Origin: an uncultured Gammaproteobacteria bacterium
GTDB taxonomy: Bacteria > Pseudomonadota > Gammaproteobacteria > Burkholderiales > Burkholderiaceae_C
Reading direction: 5' to 3'
NCBI GenBank assembly: GCA_963784815.1
Contig: CAWATB010000017.1
Span: forward strand, 13,864-77,863
Length of the DNA: 64,000 bases
This document shows positions 34,088 through 44,811 of this stretch, piece after piece. The translations under genes were made by a program, and so were the position numbers. Each line of letters starts with the position of its first letter. Position 1 is the first letter of the stretch. The notes below the pieces were generated by a model. It was not told the origin of the DNA, did no database searches, and worked only from the letters and a program-made list of their open reading frames with translations.

Positions 34088-35350
34088 TCAGGCCACGGCA
34101 TGCCTTTGCTGCAGCGCCCGCACCTCGTCGGGTGTGTAGCCAAGCTCTTCCATCAGTGCCGCCGTGTGCTGGCCCAGCACCGGCGGCTGCAGGCGCACCC
34201 CCAGTCGCTGGCCATCCATGCGCAGAGGGAACAGCGTGGTGCGGGCAGTCTGTCCGGCCCGCTCACCGTCGGGCAGGGTGATGTCGGCCAGCCCTCCCGT
34301 GGCGTTGAGGTGGGGGTCTTCGAAGAGTTGTTCAGGCCGCAAGATCGGAGCGAATGGCAGACCGTGCTTTTCAAAGATGGCCGCCAATTCAGCGCCGCTG
34401 TAGGCAGCGAGTCGCTGGCGCAGGTCTGGCATCAGCGTGGCGCGCGCTCGCACTCGGTCGTTGTTGGTGGCCAGGTGCGGAGCGGCTCTCAGATCGGCAA
34501 ACCCCAGCGCATCGCAGAAGGTAATCCATTGCGCATCACTGACGGCTGCCAAAAAGATCTGATCGCCGTCCTTCACGCTGAACACGTCATACAGCGCCCA
34601 CGATGAAATGCGGTCGGGCATGGGTGCCGCAGGCTTGCCGGTGACGGCGTACTGCATCATGTGCTGGCCGACCAGGAAGACGTTGTTCTCGAACAGGGCC
34701 GAATCGACTTCTTGTCCGCGCCCCGTGATGCCACGCTGCATCAAGGCCGCCATGGCGCCGATGGCACCAAACATGCCGCCCATGATGTCGTTCACGCTGC
34801 TGCCCGCGCGCAGTGGGTCACCCGGTCGCCCGGTCATGTAGGCCAGCCCACCCATCATCTGCACCACTTCATCAAGCGCCGTGCGATGCTCGTAAGGACC
34901 GGGCAAAAAGCCGGTGTGGTTTACATAGATGAGGCGGGGGTTGATCTGGCTCAGCGCTGCGTAGTCGAGCCCGTATTTGGTCATCACACCCGGCTTGAAG
35001 TTCTGGGCCACCACGTCGGCCGATGCTGCGAGTTTGCGTGCTACCTCCAGCCCCTCGGGGCTGCGCAGGTCCAGCGCAATGCTCTTCTTGTTGCGGTTGA
35101 ACATCGGAAAAAAGCCCGCCCCAGCGCCCAGCAAATGGCGCGTGCGGTCGCCGTCCACCGGCTCGACCTTGATGACCTCGGCCCCCAGATCGGCCAGCAC
35201 CATGCCGCAGGTGGGGCCCATGACCATGTGGGTGAACTCCACCACCCGCAGCCCGTTGAGTGGCAAAGGGCGTGGCGCGGGCGCGTCAGACGCGTGGGGA
35301 GCCGAAGCGCTGGCAGACGATGAAGCAGAGGGGGTGGATGTAGAAGTCAT
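34088..35350 (-). CDS. CaiB/BaiF family (class III) CoA-transferase
   Basis: PLNGLRVVEF, LADLGAEVIKVEP, NRNKKSIALDL, PVLGQHT. Confidence 0.92.
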   Translation of the reverse strand: MTSTSTPSASSSASASAPHASDAPAPRPLPLNGLRVVEFTHMVMGPTCGMVLADLGAEVIKVEPVDGDRTRHLLGAGAGFFPMFNRNKKSIALDLRSPEGLEVARKLAASADVVAQNFKPGVMTKYGLDYAALSQINPRLIYVNHTGFLPGPYEHRTALDEVVQMMGGLAYMTGRPGDPLRAGSSVNDIMGGMFGAIGAMAALMQRGITGRGQEVDSALFENNVFLVGQHMMQYAVTGKPAAPMPDRISSWALYDVFSVKDGDQIFLAAVSDAQWITFCDALGFADLRAAPHLATNNDRVRARATLMPDLRQRLAAYSGAELAAIFEKHGLPFAPILRPEQLFEDPHLNATGGLADITLPDGERAGQTARTTLFPLRMDGQRLGVRLQPPVLGQHTAALMEELGYTPDEVRALQQRHAVA

Positions 35351-35387
35351 GAGTCAACGATAAGGGATGCGAGCAGTTGCCTGATCA

Positions 35388-36380
35388 TCAAGCCGCAGCC
35401 AACACGGCATGAGTCGCGCCGTGAGCGGACGCGCGGGGCAATCCGGACCGCCACAGCGTGCCGTGCAATGTTTCGCCAGACAGCCATCCAGCAACACGCT
35501 GCCGCAGCGCCAGCAATGCGGGCAGGTCGATGCCCGTCGCAACCCCCATGCGCTCCAGCATGAAAACCAGATCTTCGGTGGTGACGTTGCCACTGGCGCC
35601 CGGCGCATGGGGACAGCCGCCTATGCCTGCCAGGCAGGCGTCAAAACGCGTAATACCCGTTTGCCAGGCTGCATAGGCATTGGCCAGCCCCATTCCCCGC
35701 GTGTCATGAAAATGCGCGCACCACAGACGCTCACCCGCCAAGGCGCGGGCTTTATCGAAAAGGCGGCAGACAGAAGCAGGGTCGGCATAACCCACGGTGT
35801 CGGCCAGACTCACCCGGTCAGCGCCTGCGTCCAGCAGTGCCTGCATCAGTCTCAGCACCTCGCTTTCAGCCACCTCGCCCTGCAGGGTGCAGCCAAAAGC
35901 GGTGCCCACACCCCCTTCAATCAGCGTGTGGTGGCTCCCTGCGTCGCGCAGCGCACGAATGCGCGCGACCTCGGCTACCACCTCATCAGGCGTCTTGCGC
36001 AGGTTGGCCAGGCTGTGAGCGTGGCTGGCAGACAGTGGTACCACCATCAGATCAGCACCCCGGTCCAGCGCCAGTTCAGCGCCCTTGTAGTTGGGCACCA
36101 GAACCGACGCGAAGAGCCCCGCCAACGTCTTGGCATGGGCCAGCACGTCAGCAGTGTCGGCCAGTTGTGGCAATAAGCGGGCAGGTACGAAGGAGCCCAC
36201 TTCAATCTCGCGCTGACCGGCGGCGTAGGCAGCGTTGATCCACTCGATCTTTTGGGCAGTGGGCACCACGGTGGCAATACTCTGCAGCCCATCGCGCAGG
36301 CCCACTTCGCGCACGACAGCGCGCGGGCGCCCTGAAGGGGTGGGCGCGCTGTGCTGAGGCGAATGAAGAGCAGTGTTCAA
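35388..36380 (-). CDS. Hydroxymethylglutaryl-CoA lyase family protein
   Basis: EVGLRDGLQ, LADTVG, HFHDTRG, GIGGCPHAPGASGNVTTED. TTG start uncertain. Confidence 0.9.
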   Translation of the reverse strand: MNTALHSPQHSAPTPSGRPRAVVREVGLRDGLQSIATVVPTAQKIEWINAAYAAGQREIEVGSFVPARLLPQLADTADVLAHAKTLAGLFASVLVPNYKGAELALDRGADLMVVPLSASHAHSLANLRKTPDEVVAEVARIRALRDAGSHHTLIEGGVGTAFGCTLQGEVAESEVLRLMQALLDAGADRVSLADTVGYADPASVCRLFDKARALAGERLWCAHFHDTRGMGLANAYAAWQTGITRFDACLAGIGGCPHAPGASGNVTTEDLVFMLERMGVATGIDLPALLALRQRVAGWLSGETLHGTLWRSGLPRASAHGATHAVLAAA

Positions 36381-36504
36381 AGCTTGTCTCCGGCAATTTT
36401 CGGTATGGGTGGATTCTAAAAATTCCCAAATGAATCAGAAAATACATTTTGGAAGTCTTATGCTTCCCAACCGGAATATCAAAACCGCCCTTCGGAACCG
36501 AACC

Positions 36505-37410
36505 ATGCGAGACCTCGACCTGCAAACCCTGCGACTCTTTGCGGCGGTGTGCGACCACCGCAGCATTGCCCGCACGGCCGAGCAAGAGTCGATCGTGGGT
36601 TCTGCCATCAGCAAACGGCTGGCCCAGCTCGAAGACACCGTTGGCACGCCGCTGCTGGTGCGCAAGCGGCGGGGCGTGGTGCCCACCCCAGCGGGAGAAA
36701 CCTTGCTGGAACACGCGCGGACCATGTTGGCCAGCGTGGGGCAGATCGAACGCGACATGGCGGCCTACGCCACCGGCACCCGGGGCCACGTGCGCATGCT
36801 GGTCACCGCGTCGGTCATGGCCGAATCACTGGCCGACGATGTGGCGGCCTTTCTGCAAGACCCTGCCCACCGCGACATCCAGGTCAGCCTGGAAGAACGC
36901 GTCAGCGCAGAGGTTGTCCACGGCATTCGCGAGGGCAGTGCCTCCATCGGCATTTGCTGGGACGCGGCCGATCTTTCCGGGCTGGAGACCTGCGGATACC
37001 GAAGCGACCACCTGGCCGTGGTGGCCCATGCCTCACACCCCGTGGCACAGCTGCCCAGCGTGCGGTTTGCGGATGTACTGGACTGCGAATTTGTGAGCAT
37101 GCCCGCACTGAGCGCAGTGCAAGTCTTGCTGGCGCGCGCCGCAGCGGTAGAAGGAAAAATGTTGGCACACCGGGTGCTGGTGTCCAACTTTGACGCCGCC
37201 TTGCGCGTGGTGCGTGCCAACCTGGCCATCAGTGTGGTGCCGCGTGAAGTGGCGGCGCACTTTGCCCAATCCGCGCCAGTTTGCATCGTCCCGTTAAGCG
37301 ATCCGTGGGCGCGGCGGCGGTTTGCCATTTGCTACCGCAGCGCCATGACCCTGTCCCCGGCAGCACACCTGCTGGTGAGCCATCTGGCCAGGCAAGGCCA
37401 CCCACAATGA
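36505..37410 (+). CDS. LysR family transcriptional regulator
   Basis: DLQTLRLF...SAISKRLAQLED...PTPAG HTH; divergent from the lyase operon. Confidence 0.92.
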   Translation: MRDLDLQTLRLFAAVCDHRSIARTAEQESIVGSAISKRLAQLEDTVGTPLLVRKRRGVVPTPAGETLLEHARTMLASVGQIERDMAAYATGTRGHVRMLVTASVMAESLADDVAAFLQDPAHRDIQVSLEERVSAEVVHGIREGSASIGICWDAADLSGLETCGYRSDHLAVVAHASHPVAQLPSVRFADVLDCEFVSMPALSAVQVLLARAAAVEGKMLAHRVLVSNFDAALRVVRANLAISVVPREVAAHFAQSAPVCIVPLSDPWARRRFAICYRSAMTLSPAAHLLVSHLARQGHPQ

Positions 37411-37471
37411 CGGTGCCGATCCGTGGCCGCTTCGCAACATTTTGATAGCGAATATCGTATTTTCTCGCCTT

Positions 37472-37513
37472 AGCGCATATGTGCCGTGCGTTCTGAGCTA
37501 CCAAACTTGTAGC
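37472..37513 (+). repeat. Family 1 element, copy 4 (divergent, with compensatory changes)
   Basis: AGCGCAT-N7-GTGCGTT-N4-GCTAC-N7-GTAGC; spacing identical to the other copies. Confidence 0.65.
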
Positions 37514-37611
37514 AAAACGGGTTCCGCGCTATAGTCTCAGCGCATCAGCGGGCTTGGCAAAGGCCACCCGTCCCGAACTTAGATTTAACACTTGCGCGAG
37601 GAGAAGCGTCC

Positions 37612-37923
37612 ATGAGCTCCAAAGAAAATGTCGCCATCAACCAGCTTTTTGAGCGACTTGAATGCCGTTATGCGTTGCGCGTGCTGTGGGCCCTGAAGGA
37701 CGGCCACCCCCAGACCTTCCGCCTGCTGCAAGACAGCGTGGGAGGTATCACCCCCAACACGCTGAACACCCGCATCAAAGAACTGCGCGAAGCTGGTTTT
37801 GTGGACCACGGCAGCGATGGCTACACCGTCACACCCTCCGGCGCTGATTTGCTCAAGCGCCTGAGCGATGTGCAAGCCTTTGCCACCCGCTGGGTCGCGG
37901 GCCGGGCCAAAAAGGCCGCATAG
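37612..37923 (+). CDS. HxlR-like winged-helix transcriptional regulator
   Basis: FRLLQDSVGGITPNTLNTRIKELREAG, YTVTPSG; RBS GAGGAG. Confidence 0.8.
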   Translation: MSSKENVAINQLFERLECRYALRVLWALKDGHPQTFRLLQDSVGGITPNTLNTRIKELREAGFVDHGSDGYTVTPSGADLLKRLSDVQAFATRWVAGRAKKAA

Positions 37924-38018
37924 GCCGAGCGCCTGCCAACCCCCTGCCCGTTCTGGGCAAAGCCCCGCCGGTCCGTCCGAGCGGGGCTTTCGTTAAAATA
38001 GGGGTCAAAATTGCTTCT

Positions 38019-38060
38019 AGCGCTTACCCATAAAGCGCTGATAGCTATATTTTCAATAGC
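38019..38060 (+). repeat. Family 1 element, copy 5
   Basis: AGCGCTT-N7-AAGCGCT-N4-GCTAT-N7-ATAGC. Confidence 0.88.
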
Positions 38061-38077
38061 AAACCAGGAATTCAATC

Positions 38078-38437
38078 ATGGCAATGACCACCACCGCATC
38101 CGGCCTGCAATACGAAGACACCACCGTGGGCGAAGGCGCTGAAGCCGCCAAGGGCCAGAACGTTTCGGTGCACTACACCGGCTGGCTCTACAACAATGGC
38201 GAACAAGGCGCCAAGTTCGACTCCAGCCGTGACCGCAATGACCCGTTTGAGTTCTCGCTGGGTGCCGGCATGGTCATCAAGGGCTGGGACGAAGGCGTTC
38301 AGGGCATGAAAATCGGCGGCCAGCGCACGCTGATCATTCCGGCAGCCCTGGGCTACGGCGCCCGCGGCGCAGGCGGCGTGATTCCTCCCAACGCCACGCT
38401 GAAGTTCGATGTGGAACTGCTGAAGGTGGGCCGCTAA
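38078..38437 (+). CDS. FKBP-type peptidyl-prolyl cis-trans isomerase
   Basis: VHYTGWL, KFDSS, VIKGWDEG, LGYGARG, IPPNATLKFDVEL. Confidence 0.96.
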   Translation: MAMTTTASGLQYEDTTVGEGAEAAKGQNVSVHYTGWLYNNGEQGAKFDSSRDRNDPFEFSLGAGMVIKGWDEGVQGMKIGGQRTLIIPAALGYGARGAGGVIPPNATLKFDVELLKVGR

Positions 38438-38484
38438 GCGCTGGCTGCTCTCTGCTCCCGCTATCACCACCACGGTGCAGCGGC

Positions 38485-38514
38485 AAAAAAAAGCGGCCTG
38501 AGGGCCGCTTTTTT
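38485..38514. terminator. Bidirectional intrinsic terminator
   Basis: A8-GCGGCC-TGAG-GGCCGC-T6 between convergent genes. Confidence 0.85.
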
Positions 38515-38567
38515 GTTTTCAACAGCCGCGAAAAGAACCTGCCCCCTGACCAGCACGAACTGGCAAG

Positions 38568-40664
38568 TCACATTTCAGAACGCACCAAGGGCTGCGGGGG
38601 TGCGGGGCGGGTAGCCCAGCTCACCAAAACCGCCGCCACCAAGCCCGCAGGCACACCAAACACGCCCGCTGAGATGGGCTGAATGCCGAACCACAGGCCA
38701 TCTGCCAGCAACCACGCTGGCAGTACCTGCAGAGCGGGCACGTGCGACAGCATGTAATACACGGCCACACCCAGCCCTGCCAACATGCCCGCTACCGCCC
38801 CCTGGCGCGTGGTGCCGCGCCAGAAGATGCCCAACACCATCACCGGCACAAAGGCCGACGCCGCCAGCGAAAACGATGCCGACACCATGGGCAAGATCTC
38901 GGACGGCTTGAGGGCGGCCACAAACGCGGCCGACAACGCAACGGCCAGCAAGGTGAACTTGGTGAGGATCACCCGCTGCTCGGGCGACGCCTTGCGCTGC
39001 GCATCCGGAAAATACAGGTCCCGCACCAGCGCATTGCTGATGGTAAGCAGCAATCCATCGGCCGTAGACAGCGCAGCCGCCAGCCCACCCGCCGCCACCA
39101 GGCCCGATACGACGTATGGCAAGCCGCCCAGTTCGGGCGTGGCCAGCATGATGAGGTCCGCCCCCAGGCGGATCTCACCAAACTGAACGAGCCCGTCACC
39201 GTTCACGTCTTCCACCGACAGCAGCGAGCTGTCCACACGCGCCCACTGCGCCATCCAGTTGGGCAAGGCCTCAAAGCTGCTGCCCACCAGGTTTTGCATG
39301 ACCTCAAACTTCACCAAAACCGCCAGTGCGGGTGCGCTCAGGTACAGCAGGGCGATGAAAAACAATGACCATCCCACCGACGCGCGCGCCGCCGACACCG
39401 TGGGTGATGTGTAGTACCGCGTCAGCAGATGCGGCAGCCCCGCAGTGCCCACCATGAGGCAGAACATGAGCGCCAAAAAGTTTCGCCGGGTCAGCTCGTA
39501 GTCGCGCTGTTCCTCAGGTGTGCCGTCGGGGTCGCCCACGTAGGCCTGGCTGTGCAGCGGCAACCCACCCAAAGGGCGAGCGCGCTCGTAGTTTTCGCGC
39601 ATTTCGCGCGTCCAGCGTTCGCGGGCGGCTGCGGCATCGCGCGGCAAGGCTGCCAGCTCGCGGCTGGCGGACACGATGAGGCCCACGTCGGCGTTCTGGT
39701 TGCGCAGAGTCCGAATGCGCTCGCGGGCTTTTTCGCGCTCGTTCTCCAGCGCGCTTTCCACGTCCAGCAGCCGCGCCTCAAACTCCTGGGCGCGGCGCTG
39801 GTAGGCCTGCACCACCTGGTGCTCGGCGGGCGAATCCAGCAACTGCGCTTCCAGGTCGGCAATCTTGCTGATCTGCGCGCCATAGACCAGAGGGGCCAGA
39901 GGGTTGCCCAATTGCTTGTACGCCAGCCACGACACCGGGATCAAGAACGCCAGCAGCAGCACCACGTACTGCGCCACCTGCGTCCAGGTGATGGCGCGCA
40001 TGCCGCCCAGAAACGAGCACAGCAGAACCCCGCCCAGGCCCAGCATGATGCCGATCTCGAACTGAACGCCGGTCAGGCGGGAAGCGATCAGGCCCACGCC
40101 GTAGATCTGCGCCACCACGTAGGTGAACGAGCACAACACCGCCGCCAGTGCGGCGATCACGCGGGGCCAGCGCCCACCAAAACGCACATGAAAAAAGTCA
40201 GGCACCGTATACAGGCCCATGGCCCGCAAATGCGGCGCGATCAGCATGGCCACCAGACAAAAGCCCCCCGTCCAACCCAGCAGATAGGCCAAACCACCCG
40301 CCTGCCCCGGCGTGCCCGAAAAGCCCTGCAGGTACAGCGCCCCAGACAGGCTGATGAACGAAGCTGCGCTCATCCAGTCAGCCGCCGCAGCCATGCCGTT
40401 GTACATGGGCGGAATGCGCCGCCCCGCCACGTAATACTCCTCGGCGTCGGTCGTGCGGCCATACACGCCGATACCGGCGTAGACCATGACGGTGAGAAAC
40501 AGAAAGATGGGTCCGATCCAGTGGCGCGACAGCCCTTGGCGCTCGGCCCAGGCCATGAGGAGCAGGAAGCTCAGGACGCCAATCACATACAGCGCCAGGA
40601 TGCGGTGCAACCGCCAGACATAGGCGCGGTCGCTCGCAGCGTCAGATGCGCTGGGCTCAGCCAC
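38568..40664 (-). CDS. Sodium:solute symporter (ActP/VC_2705-like)
   Basis: YYVAGR, NGMAAAADWMSAASF, GGMRAITWTQ, GTAGLPH, AAALSTADGLLL. Start placed at the GTG overlapping the upstream small-subunit stop. Confidence 0.88.
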   Translation of the reverse strand: MAEPSASDAASDRAYVWRLHRILALYVIGVLSFLLLMAWAERQGLSRHWIGPIFLFLTVMVYAGIGVYGRTTDAEEYYVAGRRIPPMYNGMAAAADWMSAASFISLSGALYLQGFSGTPGQAGGLAYLLGWTGGFCLVAMLIAPHLRAMGLYTVPDFFHVRFGGRWPRVIAALAAVLCSFTYVVAQIYGVGLIASRLTGVQFEIGIMLGLGGVLLCSFLGGMRAITWTQVAQYVVLLLAFLIPVSWLAYKQLGNPLAPLVYGAQISKIADLEAQLLDSPAEHQVVQAYQRRAQEFEARLLDVESALENEREKARERIRTLRNQNADVGLIVSASRELAALPRDAAAARERWTREMRENYERARPLGGLPLHSQAYVGDPDGTPEEQRDYELTRRNFLALMFCLMVGTAGLPHLLTRYYTSPTVSAARASVGWSLFFIALLYLSAPALAVLVKFEVMQNLVGSSFEALPNWMAQWARVDSSLLSVEDVNGDGLVQFGEIRLGADLIMLATPELGGLPYVVSGLVAAGGLAAALSTADGLLLTISNALVRDLYFPDAQRKASPEQRVILTKFTLLAVALSAAFVAALKPSEILPMVSASFSLAASAFVPVMVLGIFWRGTTRQGAVAGMLAGLGVAVYYMLSHVPALQVLPAWLLADGLWFGIQPISAGVFGVPAGLVAAVLVSWATRPAPPQPLVRSEM

Positions 40665-41028
40665 GGGGCAAAGCCCCGTCACTGCGCCGACTTTCCGCTT
40701 CTGACACCGGCGCGGGGGCGGCAAGACGCTCTGCATCCTGCCGCTCAAACCGGTTCATGGCCCAGCCATAAACCACCACCAGCGCAATGAACACCAGCAC
40801 CGCGCCTTGCGCCGCGATCCAGTATCCCAGGGGCCATCCACCGGCCACCAGAAACTGCAGGTCGCGTGCGAAATACGTGGCCACAAACGACACCAGCGCC
40901 CACACCACCAGCAGCCCGGCCTTGAGCCAGAGGTGCCGCACGTCATGCAGATCCGGCGGGAACGGGCCCGCCATTTCTGCATCGTGCGCACGGGGGTGGT
41001 GCGGGTTGAGGTTCCGGGGCTGCTGCAT
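40657..41028 (-). CDS. Symporter small membrane subunit (DUF4212-like)
   Basis: LLVVWALVSF, GWPLGYWIAAQGA; directly upstream of the SSS gene. Start uncertain. Confidence 0.8.
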   Translation of the reverse strand: MQQPRNLNPHHPRAHDAEMAGPFPPDLHDVRHLWLKAGLLVVWALVSFVATYFARDLQFLVAGGWPLGYWIAAQGAVLVFIALVVVYGWAMNRFERQDAERLAAPAPVSEAESRRSDGALPRG

Positions 41029-41088
41029 CACGGGCACGCGGGCAGCTGGTGCAGATGACGCATGGGCAGCCCGGTCCGGTTGGTCAAC

Positions 41089-43494
41089 TCAGGTCGACTG
41101 GCCAGTGGCTGCCAATTGCTGCCAGGTGGCGATCACGCTGTCGGGGTTGAGCGAGATCGACGAGATGCCCTCTTTGGCCAACCACTGCGCAAAATCAGGG
41201 TGGTCGCTGGGGCCCTGGCCGCAGATGCCGATGTACTTGCCTTGGGCCAGACAGGCCTTGATGGCCTGGTGGATCAGTGCCTGCACGGCAGGGTCACGCT
41301 CGTCAAAGTCGTGCGCCAGCAGTTCCAGGCCCGAATCACGGTCCAGGCCCAGGGTGAGTTGGGTCAGGTCGTTGGATCCGATGGAGAAGCCGTCAAAAAA
41401 CTCCAGGAAGCGCTCGGCCAGAATGGCGTTGCTCGGCACCTCGCACATCATGATGACCTTGAGGTCGTCCTTGCCGCGCTGCAGGCCGTGCTGGGCCAAC
41501 AGTTGCGTCACGCGCTCGGCCTGGCCCAGCGTGCGCACGAAGGGCACCATCACCTGCACGTTGGTCAGGCCCATGTCGTTGCGCACGCGTTTCAAGGCTT
41601 CGCACTCCATGGCGAACGCCTCGCCAAAATCAGCGCTCAGGTAACGCGCGGCACCACGGAAGCCCAGCATCGGGTTCTCTTCCTCTGGCTCGTAACGGCT
41701 GCCGCCAATCAGCTTTCGGTATTCGTTGGACTTGAAGTCCGACAAGCGCACGATGACCGGCTTGGGCCAGAAGGCGGCGGCAATGGTGGCCACGCCTTCG
41801 GCAACCTTGTCCACGTAGAAAGCACGGGGACTGGCATGGCCGCGGGCCACCGATTCGACAGCCTTCTTCAGATCGGCGTCGATCTGGGGGTAGTCCAGGA
41901 TGGCCTTGGGGTGTACGCCGATGTTGTTGTTGATGATGAATTCGAGCCGCGCCAGGCCCACGCCTTCATTGGGCAGCTGGCAGAAGTCAAACGCGAGCTG
42001 GGGGTTGCCCACGTTCATCATGATCTTGGTCTTGATGCTCGGCATCTCGCCGCGCTGCACTTCGGTCACTTCGGTTTCCAGCAGGCCGTCGTAGATGTGG
42101 CCGGTGTCGCCCTCGGCGCAGCTCACCGTGACCAGGGTGCCGTCTTTCAACAGCTCGGTGGCGTCACCGCAGCCCACCACAGCCGGTATACCCAGCTCGC
42201 GCGCGATGATGGCAGCGTGGCAGGTGCGCCCGCCGCGGTTGGTAACGATGGCGCTGGCGCGCTTCATCACCGGCTCCCAGTTGGGGTCGGTCATGTCTGT
42301 CACCAACACGTCGCCGGGCTGAACCTTGTCCATCTCCGAAATGTTGTGCACCAGGCGCACGGGGCCGGTGCCAATTTTCTGACCAATGGCGCGGCCTTCG
42401 GCCAGCACGGTGCCCTGGCCCTTGAGCTTGTAGCGCATCTCGGCCTGGCCCTTGGACTGGCTCTTCACCGTCTCGGGCCGCGCTTGCAGGATGTAGAGGT
42501 GGCCATCAGTGCCGTCTTTGCCCCACTCAATGTCCATGGGGCGGCCGTAATGCTGTTCGATCACCAGCGCGTAGCGCGCCAGTTGTTCTACATCGGCATC
42601 GGTCAGCGAGTAGCGGTTGCGCTGCTCGGTAGGCACATCCACCGTTTTGACCAGCTTGCCGCTGGCCGCCTTCTCTTCAGGTGTAGAGAACACCATCTGA
42701 ATCAGTTTGCTGCCCAGATTGCGGCGGATCAGTGCCTTTTTGCCTGCCTTGAGCATGGGCTTGTGCACATAAAACTCGTCGGGGTTCACAGCGCCCTGCA
42801 CCACCGTCTCGCCCAGGCCGTAGCTGCTGGTGATGAACACCACGTCTTCAAAGCCCGATTCGGTGTCGATGGTGAACATCACGCCCGCAGCGCCCAGGTC
42901 TGAGCGCACCATGCGCTGCACACCTGCCGACAGGGCCACCACATCGTGCTCAAAACCCTTGTGCACGCGGTACGAGATAGCGCGGTCGTTGTACAGCGAC
43001 GCGAACACCTCCTTCATCTTGTGCAGCACATCGTCGATGCCCACCACGTTCAGGAAGGTTTCCTGCTGGCCGGCAAACGAGGCGTCGGGCAAGTCTTCGG
43101 CGGTGGCAGACGAGCGCACGGCAAAAGATGCAGCAGGGTTGCCAGCGCTCAGCGTGGCAAAAGCGTCTGCGATGGCTTGTTGCAGGTCGGCCGGGAAAGG
43201 CTGGGCCTCGACCATGGCGCGGATTTCTGCACCGACTTGCGCCAGCGCCCGCACGTCTTCAGTGTCCAGCACCTTGAGCTTGGCGCTGATCTTGTCGGCC
43301 AGGCCGTCGTGGGCCAGAAACTGGCGAAACGCGTGGGCCGTGGTGGCAAAGCCCGTGGGTACGCGCACGCCCTGGGGCAGTTGGGAGATCATCTCGCCGA
43401 GGGAGGCGTTTTTACCGCCCACCGACTCGACATCGGTCATTCTCAGGTTTTCAAACGGTACGACCAGGGCGGTCGGGCTGAAAAGTGCAGACAT
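41089..43494 (-). CDS. ppsA: Phosphoenolpyruvate synthase
   Basis: [46 protein letters not shown] phospho-His site, [18 protein letters not shown]. Confidence 0.97.
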   Translation of the reverse strand: MSALFSPTALVVPFENLRMTDVESVGGKNASLGEMISQLPQGVRVPTGFATTAHAFRQFLAHDGLADKISAKLKVLDTEDVRALAQVGAEIRAMVEAQPFPADLQQAIADAFATLSAGNPAASFAVRSSATAEDLPDASFAGQQETFLNVVGIDDVLHKMKEVFASLYNDRAISYRVHKGFEHDVVALSAGVQRMVRSDLGAAGVMFTIDTESGFEDVVFITSSYGLGETVVQGAVNPDEFYVHKPMLKAGKKALIRRNLGSKLIQMVFSTPEEKAASGKLVKTVDVPTEQRNRYSLTDADVEQLARYALVIEQHYGRPMDIEWGKDGTDGHLYILQARPETVKSQSKGQAEMRYKLKGQGTVLAEGRAIGQKIGTGPVRLVHNISEMDKVQPGDVLVTDMTDPNWEPVMKRASAIVTNRGGRTCHAAIIARELGIPAVVGCGDATELLKDGTLVTVSCAEGDTGHIYDGLLETEVTEVQRGEMPSIKTKIMMNVGNPQLAFDFCQLPNEGVGLARLEFIINNNIGVHPKAILDYPQIDADLKKAVESVARGHASPRAFYVDKVAEGVATIAAAFWPKPVIVRLSDFKSNEYRKLIGGSRYEPEEENPMLGFRGAARYLSADFGEAFAMECEALKRVRNDMGLTNVQVMVPFVRTLGQAERVTQLLAQHGLQRGKDDLKVIMMCEVPSNAILAERFLEFFDGFSIGSNDLTQLTLGLDRDSGLELLAHDFDERDPAVQALIHQAIKACLAQGKYIGICGQGPSDHPDFAQWLAKEGISSISLNPDSVIATWQQLAATGQST

Positions 43495-43772
43495 GGGAAA
43501 GCTCCAGAAGTTGAAACCGGGTCTGCATGCCGGGCTGTAGGGAGCCCCAGGCAAGCGGCCATGCACAGGCTGCGACTTTGTTGTTGTGGTTGTAGGCCGA
43601 CGGTGTGCATGGTGAGAATTGGATAATTGTGACAATTGTAGGCCTGTGCCACTGGCAGCGGGCTGACGCTTTCACACCACTTACGCAAAACGGGGATCGC
43701 CGCCTACATGCCCCAAAGTGGGCGGCGATGGCTGGAACCAGGTTTGCGCAAGTTCTTTCACAAAGGGCCTCC

Positions 43773-44594
43773 ATGCACTCGCGCACCGTATTTTTTGTCT
43801 CTGACGGCACCGGCATCACCGCCGAAACCTTCGGCAATGCCATCCTGGCGCAGTTCGAGATGAAGCCACGCCACGTGCGCCTGCCCTTCATCGACACGGT
43901 GGACAAAGCCCACCAGGCCGTGCGGCAGATCAACCACACCGGCGAGGTCGAAGGCAAAAAACCCATTGTCTTCACCACTCTGGTGAACATGGAAGTGCTC
44001 AAAGTCATCCAGGACGGCTGCAAAGGCATGCTGCTGGATATGTTCGGCACCTTTGTGCACCCGCTGGAGGAAGAACTGGGCATCCGGTCGCACCACCGCG
44101 TGGGCCGGTTCAGCGACGTGAGCCGCAGCAAGGAATACACCGACCGCATCGAAGCCATCAACTTCAGCCTGGCCCACGACGACGGCCAGAGCAACCGCGA
44201 CCTGGCCGGTGCCGACGTGATTCTGGTGGGCGTGAGCCGTAGCGGCAAAACCCCCACCAGCCTGTACCTGGCCATGCAATACGGCATGAAAGCCGCTAAC
44301 TACCCGCTGATCCCCGAAGACTTCGAACGCCGCCAGCTGCCCCCCGCGCTGGAGCCGCACCGCAAAAAGATCTTCGGTCTGACCATCCAGCCCGAGCGCC
44401 TGTCCGAGATCCGCAACGAACGCCGCCCCGACTCCAAGTACGCCAATCTGGTGAACTGCCGCCACGAGGTCGCCGAGGCCGAGGCGATGATGCGGAGATC
44501 AGGGATTCGGTGGCTGTCTACGACCACGAAGTCGATTGAAGAGATTGCGACCACCATCCTGCAAGAGATTCGGCCGGAGAGGTTGGAGTATTGA
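43773..44594 (+). CDS. ppsR: PEP synthase regulatory kinase/pyrophosphorylase
   Basis: [29 protein letters not shown]; divergent from ppsA. Confidence 0.95.
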   Translation: MHSRTVFFVSDGTGITAETFGNAILAQFEMKPRHVRLPFIDTVDKAHQAVRQINHTGEVEGKKPIVFTTLVNMEVLKVIQDGCKGMLLDMFGTFVHPLEEELGIRSHHRVGRFSDVSRSKEYTDRIEAINFSLAHDDGQSNRDLAGADVILVGVSRSGKTPTSLYLAMQYGMKAANYPLIPEDFERRQLPPALEPHRKKIFGLTIQPERLSEIRNERRPDSKYANLVNCRHEVAEAEAMMRRSGIRWLSTTTKSIEEIATTILQEIRPERLEY

Positions 44595-44667
44595 GGGGAA
44601 GGCAGTGCAGGGATTGCGCTGTGTCTTTCGAACGCGCAACCGCCTTTTTTATATGAAAATTAGCTCT

Positions 44668-44709
44668 AGCGCTTATTCAGAAAGCGCTAGCAGCTATAAA
44701 TTAAATAGC
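44668..44709 (+). repeat. Family 1 element, copy 6 (left edge of islet)
   Basis: AGCGCTT-N7-AAGCGCT-N4-GCTAT-N7-ATAGC. Confidence 0.88.
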
Positions 44710-44811
44710 ATTTTTCGCCTAACGCTGCATGGATTCGTCTTGAACGGTTTTGATGGCGCGGAGAACAGCAACCATGGTTGGCGTGTGGACTGGTTTGGGC
44801 CCATAGCGGAC

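Noticed and set aside
44693-44709. Family 1 second palindrome (CTAT-N7-ATAG) as an OxyR site
   Set aside because: Only two of four OxyR tetramers are present, and most copies are not near oxidative-stress genes.
44717-44783. GCCTAAC core site with a partial partner GTTGGCG, a possible attC
   Set aside because: The partner is not GTTRRRY and the internal pairing lacks attC spacer and L-box geometry.
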